Made by a program: the position numbers and the translations under genes
Shown here: positions 1-12,905 of the stretch, piece after piece
Numbering within the stretch: the first letter of the stretch is position 1
How the letters are laid out: every line of letters starts with the position of its first letter
Notes under the pieces: generated by a model
What the model was told of the DNA's origin: nothing
Databases searched by the model: none
The model's input: the letters and a program-made list of their open reading frames with translations, nothing else
Origin: Marsupella aquatica
Taxonomy: Eukaryota > Plantae > Marchantiophyta
Direction: 5' to 3'
NCBI GenBank assembly: GCA_973895155.1
Contig: OZ316896.1
Coordinates: 310,001-374,000 of the forward strand
Length of the DNA stretch: 64,000 nucleotides

Positions 1-1588
1 GGAGACAGAAAAGGCTTTCGCACTTGATTAAAAAAAATTGTAGTGTACGAAAATAAGAGAAACGGAAATAGTCTCCATGGAAATGTATTTTAAGAAGACA
101 GTTAAAGAGAACTGCTGCTTGACGTCAGGAGGAGTCTCGGACAATTCCTCGAGGTTTCCCAGTTCTTTATCTGGTACGAAAGAGTCGATAGAGACTACAA
201 AGTGTTGTTTCTCGTAGAACACCCTGCTTTGGAAGCCCAACATCTACAGCTCTTAAGTCTCCACTGCAAAAAGCAATGACTATCCATGTCATCGTAGCCC
301 TCACCTGCTGCAAACAGTTCTCTCGTGAGCAACTCTCATATGATTTACAGAGAACACGTGAATGGTATTCGAGTAAATAGTCTAAGACGTGAGAAATTTG
401 CTACTTGTTCGACAAATACGAGGCCGTGCCATGTGGGGGTTACAATATCAGCCCCTAAATAGCTACATCTAGCTACATCTCCCACCTGTAGACTAGAGGT
501 TGATTTGGGAAACACATAGGCAGACAGCCCGACCTAGAGATATCTTTCTCCCATCTTAGACGTTTGAAATCATAAATAGTATAATAAATCACAGACAGCC
601 AACCTAATCAGGTCAAAGTTAGACCCAGAGAACAACTCTCCTCGAATGCAGATCTCCGTCTACGGCTGTCCCTCCGACATGTAAAATAGCAATTAATAAG
701 AGCGAGCACTAATATATAATGAGGGAACCCGGTGAAGGTGAATTGTCACGTGTCTATTGTCACATCTATTGAGCGCCATTGCTTGAAGACGGTAATGTAT
801 CACTGTTGTGAAATTTTACTACTAAAACATCCATTTGACACCTTTCCAGTCGGAGACTCTTGCAGTCGATGAGCCAGAGTACCTGTCCCCAAGATCTCTG
901 CCTGAAGGTTGGGTTTAACTTGCTGATGGTCACTTGACTAAGAGATCTCATTTGCTGCAAGAATTCATAACAGTAAATATTTTATAGTTCTCCATTTACA
1001 TGCTGAGCTTGACCTCTGAAGAGGTTCACTTCGGAATGTACCTCACCGAGCTTTTTCTTTAACCGAATTAGCTGCTGGTGGGACAAAGCGAACAGGGATA
1101 GTCATTCCCAGACAGAGGATGTCTCAGTGTGTACTCAGGAATGAGGAATAAGAAAATTAATTAGGCAAACCTCACTCGTATTCTTTCCCACGATGCCGGT
1201 TCGACCCTCGGAAGCAATAAGTTATAAAGAGCCAAAGGGAACTTGCGGGGCTTGCAAGCACTCTGCACATATGATTCTTTCAAATCATGAAGCACCTGCA
1301 GCATCACAAAACCATACGGCTGTGATGGTCCTCATCCACACCAAAGACGCAAAATCTCGTCTAGGGCGACTCCTCGCTGGACTGTATGTTTTGCTGTTTT
1401 CATGACTTTAGACAAGACACAACGTAGCAGCGCTCCATGGTCCATGACCTCCTCTTGTTTGAGACCCAAAAGTTACGAACAGCAAATTTGTCTCAGAATG
1501 AGTGTGAGGTGCGATATACGGAGAAGAGGAATTATCCGCAGTAATAAGCAACAATTCCTCTCTGTTTCCCAGTCGTTCTTGAGTTATC

Positions 1589-4475
1589 TCAAAGCCTTGG
1601 GATTCCCTGCTTTTCTCTCTCTTTCCAAAGTGCCTGAGCTCTCTCAGAACCTCGACGAGGCCCCTGCTTTTGATATCGCTTAAAGTTCCGTTTGGCTCTT
1701 TGAGGATTTTTCCTCTTCAACCGTTGACGACCCTCTGGATCCTGGCCAGCGTTGGCTTTCTTGTCGTTTTCGAGCTTCTCTGCATATTTTGCGTCCAGGA
1801 TGAATCTCATTTTCCCATGAATTGTTGGCTCTGGCGTTAACCCTTTCTCTAGCATTTCTTTGTGATACTTAAAAGCATTGGTAAACTCACGGCGCCTGAT
1901 GAAAGCATATATGATGGTGCAATATGTGAAGGAGTCAGGCTGACAACCTGTAGCTCGCATCTCTAACAATACTTTTCGCAGTTTTGTGCATACACCACCT
2001 CGGGCATATGCATTGAGAAGCATATTGAAAATCATTGTATCAGGCTCCAGGCCACGCTTCCGAAACTCATCCATCACATCCCTCGCCTCGACATAGAACC
2101 CATATTTTGCAAAAGCATCCATGATAGTGCGATAAGTTATCTTGGTCAGTTCGCAGCCATCCACTTTGATCGTATTCCAGACATGCTTAACCATATCCAA
2201 ATCACCTGCCCGTCGGTAACCATCAAGTAGAGCAGTGTAGGTCTCAACTGTTGGCTTTAGTCCTTCTCTTAACATGGTGTCAAAGGCCATTTGTGCTTTC
2301 TCATGCCAGCCTCCTTCTGCGTACGCGTTTATAAGAGCTGTATAAGTCTGAGTATTGGGGATAAGACCACTTTTCCTCATTCTCAGGAAAACATTGAGAG
2401 CTTTCTCACTAGAACAGTCCTTCCCATAAGCACTTATCAATGAAGTGTAGGTGACCACATTTGGGTTCAGGCCTTCCTTCTGCTGCATCTCCAAGAGCAA
2501 CTCCTCTGCAACATCCAGTTGTCCATTTCTCGCGTAACCGTTTATCAAGGCATTATATGTGGATTCTATTGGACGCAAACCTCGCTGTTTCATCTCTAAT
2601 AGAAGGCCTTCAGCGTTCTCAAGCTGTGAGGCCCTGGCATGAGCATCAATGAGCGTGTTGTAAATTAATACGTTTGGATATATGCCCATCTTCTCCATTG
2701 ATAAGGAGACAAGCAGAGCTTGCTTGAGCTGCCCTTCATCACAGAAGGCTTTGATGAGAGCCCCATACACTGAGACACTAGGCTTCACTCCTTCCTTAAG
2801 CAAGTCATCAAATAAGTTCCATACTTTCTGATATCTTTCGTTCACTCCTTTTGTGGCAGTGATGAGTATGCTATACGTGATAGCGTCTCGCCCTATATTC
2901 CTCCTTTCCATTTCTTGGAGTATAATGGAAAAATTCTCTGGCCTGCAGAATAGAAGTACGAAAAATCAGCTTGGTCATAATAGTTAACGTGGGCACTCGC
3001 TCGGGTATATAAGAACTTGACAAGAAAGCGAATGAATTGAAATGGTGTGAAAAATGCCCAGAAACTTATACATAAATTCATTTAAGCTCTTCGCGAAGAA
3101 AATACGGTCATGAAACATCAAGACCCCGTCTCCAGAAAAGCAAATTGGTATATTTAGGGTTTAGGGTTTTAGGGTTTTAGGACACGCAATGCATTTCCTT
3201 TAGATGTCTACAAAACAACCACTAGTAGAGATCTTCAGGCCCGCAATCTGAGGTTCACAAGTCTCTTCAGTGTGTGCTCTATTATGCAAATTCGGTGCAA
3301 GACTCTGATCAAGTATGGAGAAATAACATAGCAGAGACTGGTCCGAATTTATCAAAAACCTAAATACCATTGAGTACATTTGTTTCTGAAAATGTTCACC
3401 TGCGAGATCTTGAAAGAGCTCCGAGTAAGGAGTTGTAGACTTGTACGCAGTGGAAGGTTCCATTTTCTGGCATATTCTCGTACTGAAGGAGAGCTTGATC
3501 CGCCACACGCAGCTTTCCCAGGTAAGTGAAGAGTGTGCAGAAGCTCCGGGAATCTAAAAGGCAGGGGACATGAACCCGCATCCATTGAAAAAAGGACAGC
3601 ATCGGCCATGTGGCCAGGCTTTCTCCTAAGGCTTTCAGCACTAGATTTCCGTCATTCTTACTAATCTGACCGCAAAATGGCATAAGAAAACTTTCCAGAG
3701 AAGCATTTGGAGGGAGATTTTTCACAATGCTCAAAATTTCCTGAATCAGTCCCGTAGGGAAAATACTCTTGCCATCACCCATTAATAAACAGGGACTCTC
3801 TGATAATTGCTCTATTGCCTTAACTTCCGCTGTTGTGGACAAACCCTTCTCTCCAAAAATTTCTTCGGTATTCACTGGGTATTTCTTTTTTTCTAGTATA
3901 CGAATCTTTGGCGAAATTGAAGTTTTACCCACGAATGGTCGAGTTGTGGCACTCCCGAGGGCACCGCGTTTCTTCAAAAACTCTACCAATAAATCCTTGC
4001 CAATTTCTCCTCCAGATATGTCGGCCCTCTCCGACGATAACTGGACTTCTTTTTCCTCCTGTAAAACGTCCTCTTTTTCCTCTCTCTCATCAGAGCGAAC
4101 ATCACCTCCTTTCACAGCTTGCAAAGAGATAATTGACTCTCCAACTTGGGTAACGGAATCCTGTACCTCATCCTCCTCCTCCTCCTCCCTGGGTGATTCC
4201 TGCAACGATCCCGGCAAATGACGCTCTGTCTCGCTCGTTGGCATCCAACGCTTGTAATGCTGCTCTCCGGTCAGAAAGATGTGTCTTCCAGTCTTCAATC
4301 CCTGCCTTCTACCAGAAAATTGATCTGCTGCCCGACACGACGACTGATTGAGACGCCGAGACAAGGAGAAAACCAAGGACGAAGCGATACAGCTGCGACC
4401 CTGCAACCCACGGGATAAGGAAATCGGACTCAGGGCGAGGCAACTCGTCACATTTGCCATCGCTGCACTTGCCAT
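1589..4475 (-). CDS. EMB1006: P-type pentatricopeptide repeat protein, probably plastid-targeted, EMB1006/At5g50280-like; exons 4475-3400 and 2942-1589 (~809 aa)
   Basis: Tandem 35-aa PPR motifs (YNTLIDAHA, YNALINGYA, YTSLISAYG, YTALINAYA). GT donor at 3399 and CAG acceptor ending 2943 join the two ORFs in frame (SRSR-PENFSII). Ser/Ala-rich N-terminus resembles a transit peptide. GWHEKA, EARDV, YARGG and KYHKEM match recalled At5g50280 motifs; orthology is from memory. Confidence 0.9.
3153..3181 (+). repeat. Short interstitial telomeric repeat (TTTAGGG/TTTTAGGG x4) in the PPR intron
   Basis: tttagggtttagggttttagggttttagg. Confidence 0.85.
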
Positions 4476-4872
4476 AACTGAGCTTGCAGTTGCTGTATAT
4501 ACATGTCAGTGGATGCTAACAAATGCCAACGCGGAACAAAGAAAACGAATGCAAATTAGACGAATGCCATGGTCACCGTAGTGTTACCGTGAATAAGCCC
4601 CTTGATCTGAACCTTATAGTTTAGACCAGCGCACCACGCTGTGGTTAGAGGTTCGAGCAGAAGTGACAGGATCGGATCGACGTGGTTGAGATCAGGGCGC
4701 GGTGCTCTAGAGTTGCCAAGTAGACCGACAGGCGCTGGTCTTTGGGGAGTGTCAAACCGAGTGTGTCAACCCGAGTGCACTATTGATGTGAGAGTGTATT
4801 TTAATTTTTTACTTTGCCCCTAAACATGTTCTAATTGATAATATTGTCAGCCATTGCACTATTGATTTGTGA

Positions 4873-4917
4873 ATATATATATATATATATTTATTTATTT
4901 ATTTATTTTATTTATTT
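4873..4917. repeat. Compound microsatellite (AT)n(TTTA)n
   Basis: Seen directly in the sequence. Confidence 0.85.
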
Positions 4918-5250
4918 AAAACTCCACATAAAGGGATAAGCCAGCCACAATAGTAAAACCTAAGATCTATGAGTCTCTAATCAAGTGAGCTACCACAAAG
5001 TCATGCCTCTATGGGCATTTGTGACGGTATTTTAGTTACTTTGCCACTAAATATATTTTAATTGACAATATTGTCACTTTTTTTTTTAAATATCGTTATT
5101 TTGTATATGTATGACAAGTTTACCAGGTAACCAAGGGAACTATATACAGAAATCAGGGTATTTTTATATATACCAAAAACATAATGGTATATTGTACATT
5201 CAAACATCTTTAATGACAATGTAGTTAAATTGTTTGGCACTTATGCTTAG

Positions 5251-6609
5251 GGTTAAAGATTGCTCTAGTCTTGTGACTCATAGGGTATGACAATTAGACT
5301 AACCACAATTAAGGACTTAGCTAAGGTTAGGTTAGTCGTGTGTGACCTTGCACATACCGGGGCTAGACAGTGTAAGTCACTAGTACGTGGTGTTTGCTCA
5401 TTGTAACGGAGCAACTTGAGGAAGAGAGAGAGCTTGTGGGTTTGACTACTCTGAAGTAAAGTTGGAGAATTCATGTGGACGTAGCCTTGGAGAAGAGGTG
5501 AACCACATATGGATTGTGTCAACTACATGAGCATGATATGAGTCATGATCGTATCGTCATGAAGAAAGACGTCATAGTTCAACAATTAGTATCAGAGCAA
5601 GGCTGGGAGTGACGATAGGATTTTTTGTGACGTGTTCATGATGGTTTTTTCCTGAGATTATTGTCAGTGGATTTCAGGGAGTTCCGTCGCATGGAAGTTG
5701 GAGGTGTTGGGCTCAACGGATAGATCGGGGCAAGGGCTTTCTGACAATGCAAAGAAATCTTTGAACGGAGTTTGGGGTGCAGAGGAATTCAAGTTTCTGT
5801 CGTTCTAGATTTTTTGTGAAAAAAGTTGTGTTCAACGGTTTCTTCGGCGGAGGAGGGACCTGAGATTATTTTCTTGACGGTGTGAGCTTTGCGGTGCATG
5901 AGGCGTTGCATGCTATAGCTCAAATCATAGATCGAGCAAAGCTAGTCATTTTGGTATTTGGTTTGTTGTCAAGGGTGACCCGAGTGCGACGCAATGCCAG
6001 TTTAGGGTTTAGGGTTTAGGATATAGGGTCGTTTCTGGTTTTTGTTCATGGCTGTGGAGACATAGCCTTCGCTGAAGTGGGTTTCTTGACATCACGCTTG
6101 GCTCGGGGGGAGAAAAAAACTGCTAAGGCTCAACGGAGAGATTGGAGCGAGGTGGTCATTTTGAGCTCGAGATTGACACTTGACATGAAGCAAAGGAGAT
6201 GCAACGGAGATATTTTTTGCCACAGAACCCGCTGGCGACAAGGAGGCAAAATCCAAAAATGTTTTTTCTTGTCGACAATATTTTTCTTGCCCAAACAACA
6301 TTGGCTAAGGTGTGTTACTTGGCATTTTTTGTTTTGGGCAAAAATATTGTTTAAAGGGGGTTACCCGGCCATATTTGGTGTGTATACACACACACCTATG
6401 GTCCCTCCATACGCTCTCCCCCCCCTGAACGCCATTTTTTAAAGTCATTGGCTGCCTCGCAAAGTGCAGGCTGGTGCTCCTCGCACCACCCCCCCTCCTC
6501 ACGTGGGCCCCTTCTTGCCGGCCTGAGGCCCTCTCACCCCTGCCCGGCTGCTGCGGGGGCCCCGTTTGCCCCGCCCCTGCATTTTACCATCGGTTTTCCC
6601 CCTCCAATG
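5251..6609 (+). mobile_element. Degenerate Ty1/copia 5' end: LTR ~5251-5584, PBS 5587-5598 and 5' leader; interrupted at 6610 and resuming at 23251
   Basis: LTR start (attgctctagtcttgtgactcat) and internal gtggacgtagcc..ggtgaaccac match the LTRs at 37316 and 59640. Ends TCAACA, followed by TAGTATCAGAGC (iMet PBS, one mismatch). Leader aligns with 32761-33800 and 53300-54540. Confidence 0.8.
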
Positions 6610-9600
6610 TGTGATGTCTAGCCAGGAATCATTAGGCCAGTTTAAATAGTAAAATCAGGAGTGTACCCTAGGAAACACCTTAGTATAGTAACAAAACTAG
6701 GGAAATATAAACAATTAAGGGTGACTATGGAACTCGAGCCGAGGCCGAAAGTAAGGACGTCGGGGGAGGGAACACGATTAGGGTTAGGGTGCGCTAAGTA
6801 CCGGCGGCTATGGGTAACCAACGGGAAGGACGACCAGCCAAGGGGGGGTAAGGACCGAGCGCAAGGAATGGCGGCTTATTTGCAAGCACGAGCCAAGCGG
6901 ACGACTACGGGAGGCCAACTACTGTCCGCTACTCAGGCAAGCACTCGGGGTGGAAGTAGACACCGACAATCAACTCAAGAAGGGTATGAGCAACGTCAAT
7001 CAAGCTGCTCATTTTTGGGGATGCGTGTTAGAATGGGCAAATGAGTACATTGGGACCTACGAGGACAAAGAATCGGAGAGAGCGGCTCGAGAACGGCAGG
7101 AGCTTGCTCGACTATGGGAGCTGTAGAAGTCTGCTTTCTTAGGAGGAGAACTCATTACGGCCAAATTCTTGTGGACGCCTACTGCCTACGAACTTGACGA
7201 TCTTCTATTTTGTGAAGACAGAATAGTCGGCATCCGGGAGGCCATCAATCGCTGCAACGACATACACTGGGAGTTGAAGGGTAGCACGGAGGGGTGGACA
7301 AAGGCAACCATGCTAGGAGAAACATCCACGGCAGCCGCTATGAAGAGGAAAGGGAACAACAACGAAGAAGCCACCCCTGCAAAAAGAACGAGGTCGGCGG
7401 CACCCAGGAAACCAGTAGAGCAGGGAAGCAGGAGGCAGGCGGAAGCCAAAGAGGAAGAGGTCGACCCCGTCAATGCCGTTCCAACAAGAGATGACACCTA
7501 GAAAGGCTGGGCGGCGACCCTCCCCGAGGAGGTGCAATTACACTTTGCACGGGAAGAGGATGCATGCTTTACAGCTATGCAGACTCGGAAATACCAAGGT
7601 TTCATGGCCGGATCCGGCTTGGAAGCCTTTGTAAAGTTACCATGGCTGAAGTCGGAGGTGCCGGATTCAGACTTCCTGGAATTCGTGGGATCATGGGAGC
7701 CCGAGACCAATTCCACAAGGGTGTATGGGAAGGATTTCTATCTCACTCCCCGGGTGATTGCCGAAGTGTTTGGCTTGCCAATGGGCAATAAGACCAAAGT
7801 AGATACCAGGAAGACCTTGCCAGACAAGGAGTTCCGGTCGTTTCCAGGGCCATCAACAAAGAATGGCTTCTTCCAAAACACCTGCACCAACCCGCACATA
7901 GGAGAAATGATCGATTTCTTGCGGGTAACCATGCATTGTAACTTGCCGAGGGCAGAGATCGGCAAGGCACCAGTCTATCTGGCGGAGAGGCCAGACCCAA
8001 GCCGAGACTACAACGGGTACCTCCTCACCCAACTAAAGAAGATCTTGAAGGAGGAACAGCTGGTGATCAGCATGGGAAGCGTATCTCGGCTTGGTTATCA
8101 CATGCCACTGTTGTGCCAGTATGCCCGAAGTCAGATATTCACCCCGGTACTGCCCTTGCAGGAAAGAACACCAGAGGAGGTTCCAAAATTGAGGCCGGCA
8201 ACAGAGAAACCGACCCAGCCCGACAGTCCTACAATTGAGTAGGTGTTTAGGCCGAGGAAGGAGGACTTGCCGATGCAGCAACCAGGCATGCAGAATCTAC
8301 TGAAATTGCTGGAGAAGGAAAGGAGAATGGCAACGGCAACGGGACCGGTACAAAATACTGCTCCCAAAGTCGGCCTTAGCCATCTTACCAGGGAAAACCC
8401 CTTTACCGGGGCCAAGGAGAGAAGGAGGCCGGAACACGAGCCGGGAGTCCGAATGTATGTAGGAGCTTCAAGTCTCGAAGCCAAGGAAAAGCAGCCCGAA
8501 GCTCCTAGTCGCGACAGGGAGATGAGATCAACGTGGAACCCGGAGAAACCAGGACCCGTGATCTGTGAGGCCGTGTTCATGGCAGGACCAGGACAGCAGC
8601 GGGAGGAGCCGGTAGTCCAAGCCGAGGAGGAGGCGGTAGAAGGCTACGACAATGATGACTCCGGCTACGGGTCGGACCATCATGTTCCAGGAATAAGGAC
8701 CTATGGCAGGTTCATCCCCATGCTTCCAAGAGTAGTTTGAGGGGACCCGACCCAGCAGAGCAGCCCCGAGTCTCCCCCACCAGATGTCGCTCCCCCGAGC
8801 TTTGACAGCATAAAACAGACAGCACAGGAGTTTCAGGAATGACTCAGGGAGGAAGAAGAGGCAGCCTTGGCTAGGGAGAAGGATTTACCAGGAGGAGAAT
8901 GGCCAGAGCACATCAGGCGGCTTGCAGAAAAACGAAGCAGTCCACCAGCCACGATAGAAGAAATTTGCAAGGCGGCTTGGGAACAAAGGCCGCGGTGGAT
9001 GATGTCGATGACTTCTACTCACTTCGCCTAGGCTAAAAAATGAGCCATGGAGTACGGGGAGATGTGTGGGGAACTTGCACTCGACATCTTTGGGGAGGAG
9101 TTGGAGTAGGGACCCTTTTTCCAGAGGGAAATGTTGAGAAGTGCCAATTAGAAGAAGCGATGGCTTTGGAGAGAAGCAAGAAGGACGAGGTCATCCGTCG
9201 GCTTAAGGCAAGGGAAACCGAGGTAGAAGACTTGAAGGCGTCCAAGAAAGCCCAAGATGAGCTGCGGATTAAGCGGCATGAGCTCAACATCATGCAAGGG
9301 CAATTGGATACTGCGCAGTCTGATAATCAGATTATCAAGGATAAACTGACTCGGACCCAAGGTGAGCTGGCCAATTTGATCAAGAAGAAGGAGAAGTGGA
9401 AGCGAGAGCTGAGAGACGCAGAGGAGGCCCACATAGCAGCCAACAATTGGGCCATGGCGGAAACTCAGAGAAGGGAAAGGGCGCTGAAGGGGGAACTCGA
9501 GGATATCCGCGGAGCCCTTGAGCAGAAGGAGGCCGAGTTAGGGAAATCCTATCAGGCGATTATCATGTTGCGACAGGAGCTCGCATCCATGATGGCCAGC

Positions 9601-9850
9601 TTCAAGGCCGACCTCCGCGAGAAGGATGACCAGCTCGACCAAACTTATGCCAAGATGAATAAAATGGAGTCTGAGGTCATTACAGAGCTCGACAAGGAGC
9701 TGAGAGCAACCCAAGAGGAGAGGGCTACCTTAAAGAAGGAATTAGGGGAAGCCCAGAAGGAGCAGGAGGAGGCGCGCAAGGACCTGGATAAATTGCAGGA
9801 GGAGTTGGAGGAAAGCACGCGGAAGATGGAGATCTTACAACGGCAAGCCG
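6610..9850 (+). mobile_element. Giant coding gypsy LTR, family A copy 1 (3'-truncated, pseudogenised ORF)
   Basis: Starts TGTGATGTCTAGCCAGGAATC like the other copies. ORF pieces 7169-7501, 7532-8242, 8243-8740 and 9040-9855 are colinear with 24248-27871. Cut at 9850 by an element starting TGTGACACC. Confidence 0.88.
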
Positions 9851-10829
9851 TGTGACACCATCGGAACAATGGGTAATGAGTAATTCGGTCTAACCACACT
9901 TAGCACGTGCGTTAGGGGTATCTTAGGCCGTTATTATTAGCATAACGACAGTATTTAGGTAGCCATTATGAGTAGGATATCATTAGTCAATAAGGGGAAT
10001 TCATGTTTGGGCTGGCGGAGGGTCGTCATTCGCACGCCCGGGTTGCGAGCGTGTAATGGGCCCTTTCCTCCCCTCCCTCGGGTCCGTATAACAAACTCCG
10101 GGAGGCGGCCACTGACACGAACTGACCCGGACTAGAGAAGGGGCCGGTACACTACGAGCGTGAAAGGCTCAACCTATAATCGACGAGGAGGCGTCGGGTG
10201 ATCGACGAGCTCTCAAGGTATAAAAGGGGGCCGATCCTTTGCAGTGCACCAAGCTCTCCAGTCCACGCGCCAGCTTTGATCCCGGCTCTCTCACTTTTCC
10301 TTAGTCACCTGCTATCTCCCCTAAATGTCGCACACGATCCTTTCCAATTTGGCCATACAATTCTGGACTCAGTTCCTGTTTATCGGAGGGCACTTGGCCA
10401 ACTCATTGAAACACGCCAATTCGCGCCGATATGAGATCAAATGCGAATACGAGAGAGCCATCCGCCTAGCAGGCCGCCACCACTATCTCCTTAACTTTGA
10501 GTACCCATCCCAGAGCAAGCTTTACCGACCCAAAGAGGTATCAAGGTACTTCTTCGACGGAGGCAAATACATCGGCTTTTGGGAGGCACTACTTAGGCTT
10601 CCGGACGAGGTCTTCAATATTCTGGGCATGATCAACTTACAGCGGCACCACTTTGATCGCATCCCCGCTCGGGTCCGGGCTATCATCAACGGCGAGTTCA
10701 ACACTACCCGAGCGACAGGACCATCTTCACTTGCATCGGAAAACCTCCACCGGCACTTGCAGAACTTCATGGCAACTCTACCATCAACGACCAGTGCCGG
10801 CCAACCCGTGCCCGTACCCGCACCTACAC

Positions 10830-11116
10830 CTCGGGGGGTTAACTTAGTGTATATTTTGGGGTACCACGTGCGATCCTAGCCTAATATAAACACACCTATT
10901 TTATAATGGGAATATTCTAAAACCATTCTCTATTTTCAATATTAATGACCTATTTTACTTTATAAAAGGTATATATTAGAGAATATTCTATAAATATTGG
11001 TCTATAATACCTTCTTTTGCTTTCTACGCTTTTTAAAAATTTAGCTAATTTCTATGAAAAATACCTATTTTGGATCGCACGTGGTTCCTAAGATTTTTGA
11101 TAGTCAACCCCTCGAG
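10830..11116. mobile_element. 287-bp MITE with 15-bp TIRs and 8-bp TSD (hAT-like)
   Basis: TIRs CTCGGGGGGTTAACT / AGTCAACCCCTCGAG; subterminal inverted ccacgtgcgatcc / ggatcgcacgtgg; TSD ACCTACAC at 10822-10829 and 11117-11124; AT-rich core. Confidence 0.92.
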
Positions 11117-12905
11117 ACCTACACCTCCTTGGCCTCGGCCAAGCCGGTCCCCGCCACCGTTTCCACCACCTCTCCGAGTACGATCCATGGTGAATGCGAT
11201 ACATATCAGCTCCAAAGACGAGGAGGCTCACCCTCCTCTGAATTGACGACCGCGGGGTACAAACAACCCCGCACCACCCCAGCAAGCCCGAGGGGACAAC
11301 ACGGTAACGCTAGCGGCCCTGGCACCAATACTCACGGCAGTCATGCTACCACCACCTGACCGAGAGGATGGAGAGATGTCCCCTTCTTCTAGTCACCCCG
11401 GGAATCAGTCTCGGGGTAGGAAGAGGAAGGAGACCGCAGCCTTATCCGGGTTGCCTTTGGCCACGATTGCGGTAGCCAAGTTGACCATGCATCGCATGGG
11501 GGACAACGTTCACAAGAACATCCTCCACCCCAAGCATGCATGCTATCTGAAGACCCAAGGGTTTGAGCACCTCGCCTCTCTCCCTTGGAACGGAAGCAGG
11601 TATTACGGGCAGGATATGATGAAGTTCATTCAAAACTTTGATGAGGCCCGTCAACAAACCCGAGCGCACGGGAGAGTGATGTGTCTCGATGAGGCACGTC
11701 TGAAGATGATTTTCGGCTTACCCGAGGGGATAAACCGGGTAGAGTCGCGGGCTCCTTGGGGCAAGGGAGCTAAATACCAGCCATCTAGCTTCCCGGCTGA
11801 ACGGGTGGTAGACAATGGGTTCTTAATGAGGACGTGCCTCATCCCGGAGGTAGCAGAACGCCTAGAGTTCCGGCGGTATGCCCTCCACATGATGGAACCT
11901 AGAGGAGAACTATCGGCCCAGGAAGTGGGCATCCTTCTTCGTCAAGAAGTTCCACGAGGAGATGGAGCGAAGAAGAAAGACTTTGTACCTTGGTGGGAGG
12001 GCGTACTTCGCTAGCCACGTCGAAATCATCCTCGAGTGGTACGCTCGTTTCGATTGCCGAAGCCTCCCGCATCTCAATGAGCCCAAGCTGACCCCGCCAA
12101 AATGGGTGTTCCCAGCCCAGGTAAGGCAACCGCAGCCCGAGGCCCGAAGTCTGGCAACTGCAAGTCCTGCTACCCCGGCCCCGCAACCCGCCGCTGCCGC
12201 CCCGCCAGGCATACCCATTGACGTTATCGCAACCTTAGACGCGATCAATCGGGACAATGCCATCAAAGTCGGGCCGGATGAAGCCGTACCCAAAGCAGAT
12301 ACCACGGTGGCCGGGGAGATTCCGCCACCCCCCGCGGTGGTGCAGGAGAACCACCCACCTCCAGTGGAACCAGCCCCTTCGACCGACTTACCTCAAGGAC
12401 TGGATGTGTCCACTCCTACTCCCGCACGGGTTGAAGTCTGCCCGTGCCTGAATCCAGAGGGACACAGTCTAGACCATCTGGAACTCTTTGCGTTGGGCAC
12501 TTTTCTGAATGGGTTGTTGGGAGATTTCTTGCAATAGATCTCTCGGGACACCGGGGAATACATGGCCCGGAGGGTGGCCTACTTCTTCAACCAGGAGTTG
12601 GTTGCGGTAGTAAGGGCAGGACATGCGCAGGCAGAGACCGCGCAGAGAATAGAGCGATATCGGGTTGAGTCTGCCTACCTGAAGGATGAAGTGGCAACCC
12701 TGGAGGCTGAACTCCAGCAACTACGGCCTCAGGTAACGGCCACGGAGGACCAGGTCGCCGAGGCTAGAGCCCAAGCACCGTTGGCAATATAGGCTGGGCT
12801 CGGAAAGGACGCCAAGATTGCGCGGCTCCAAACCAAGATTGACGGTTTGCAGGGGCAAGCTGTCAGTTGGTAAAAGGATCTGGAGGAAGCTGACTCCAGG
12901 TCTCA

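Noticed and set aside
3769-4221. Antisense ORFs over the PPR, PPase and TE genes (also 17857-18480, 20342-20911, 48616-49002)
   Set aside because: Shadow frames of real coding sequence with no recognisable motifs.
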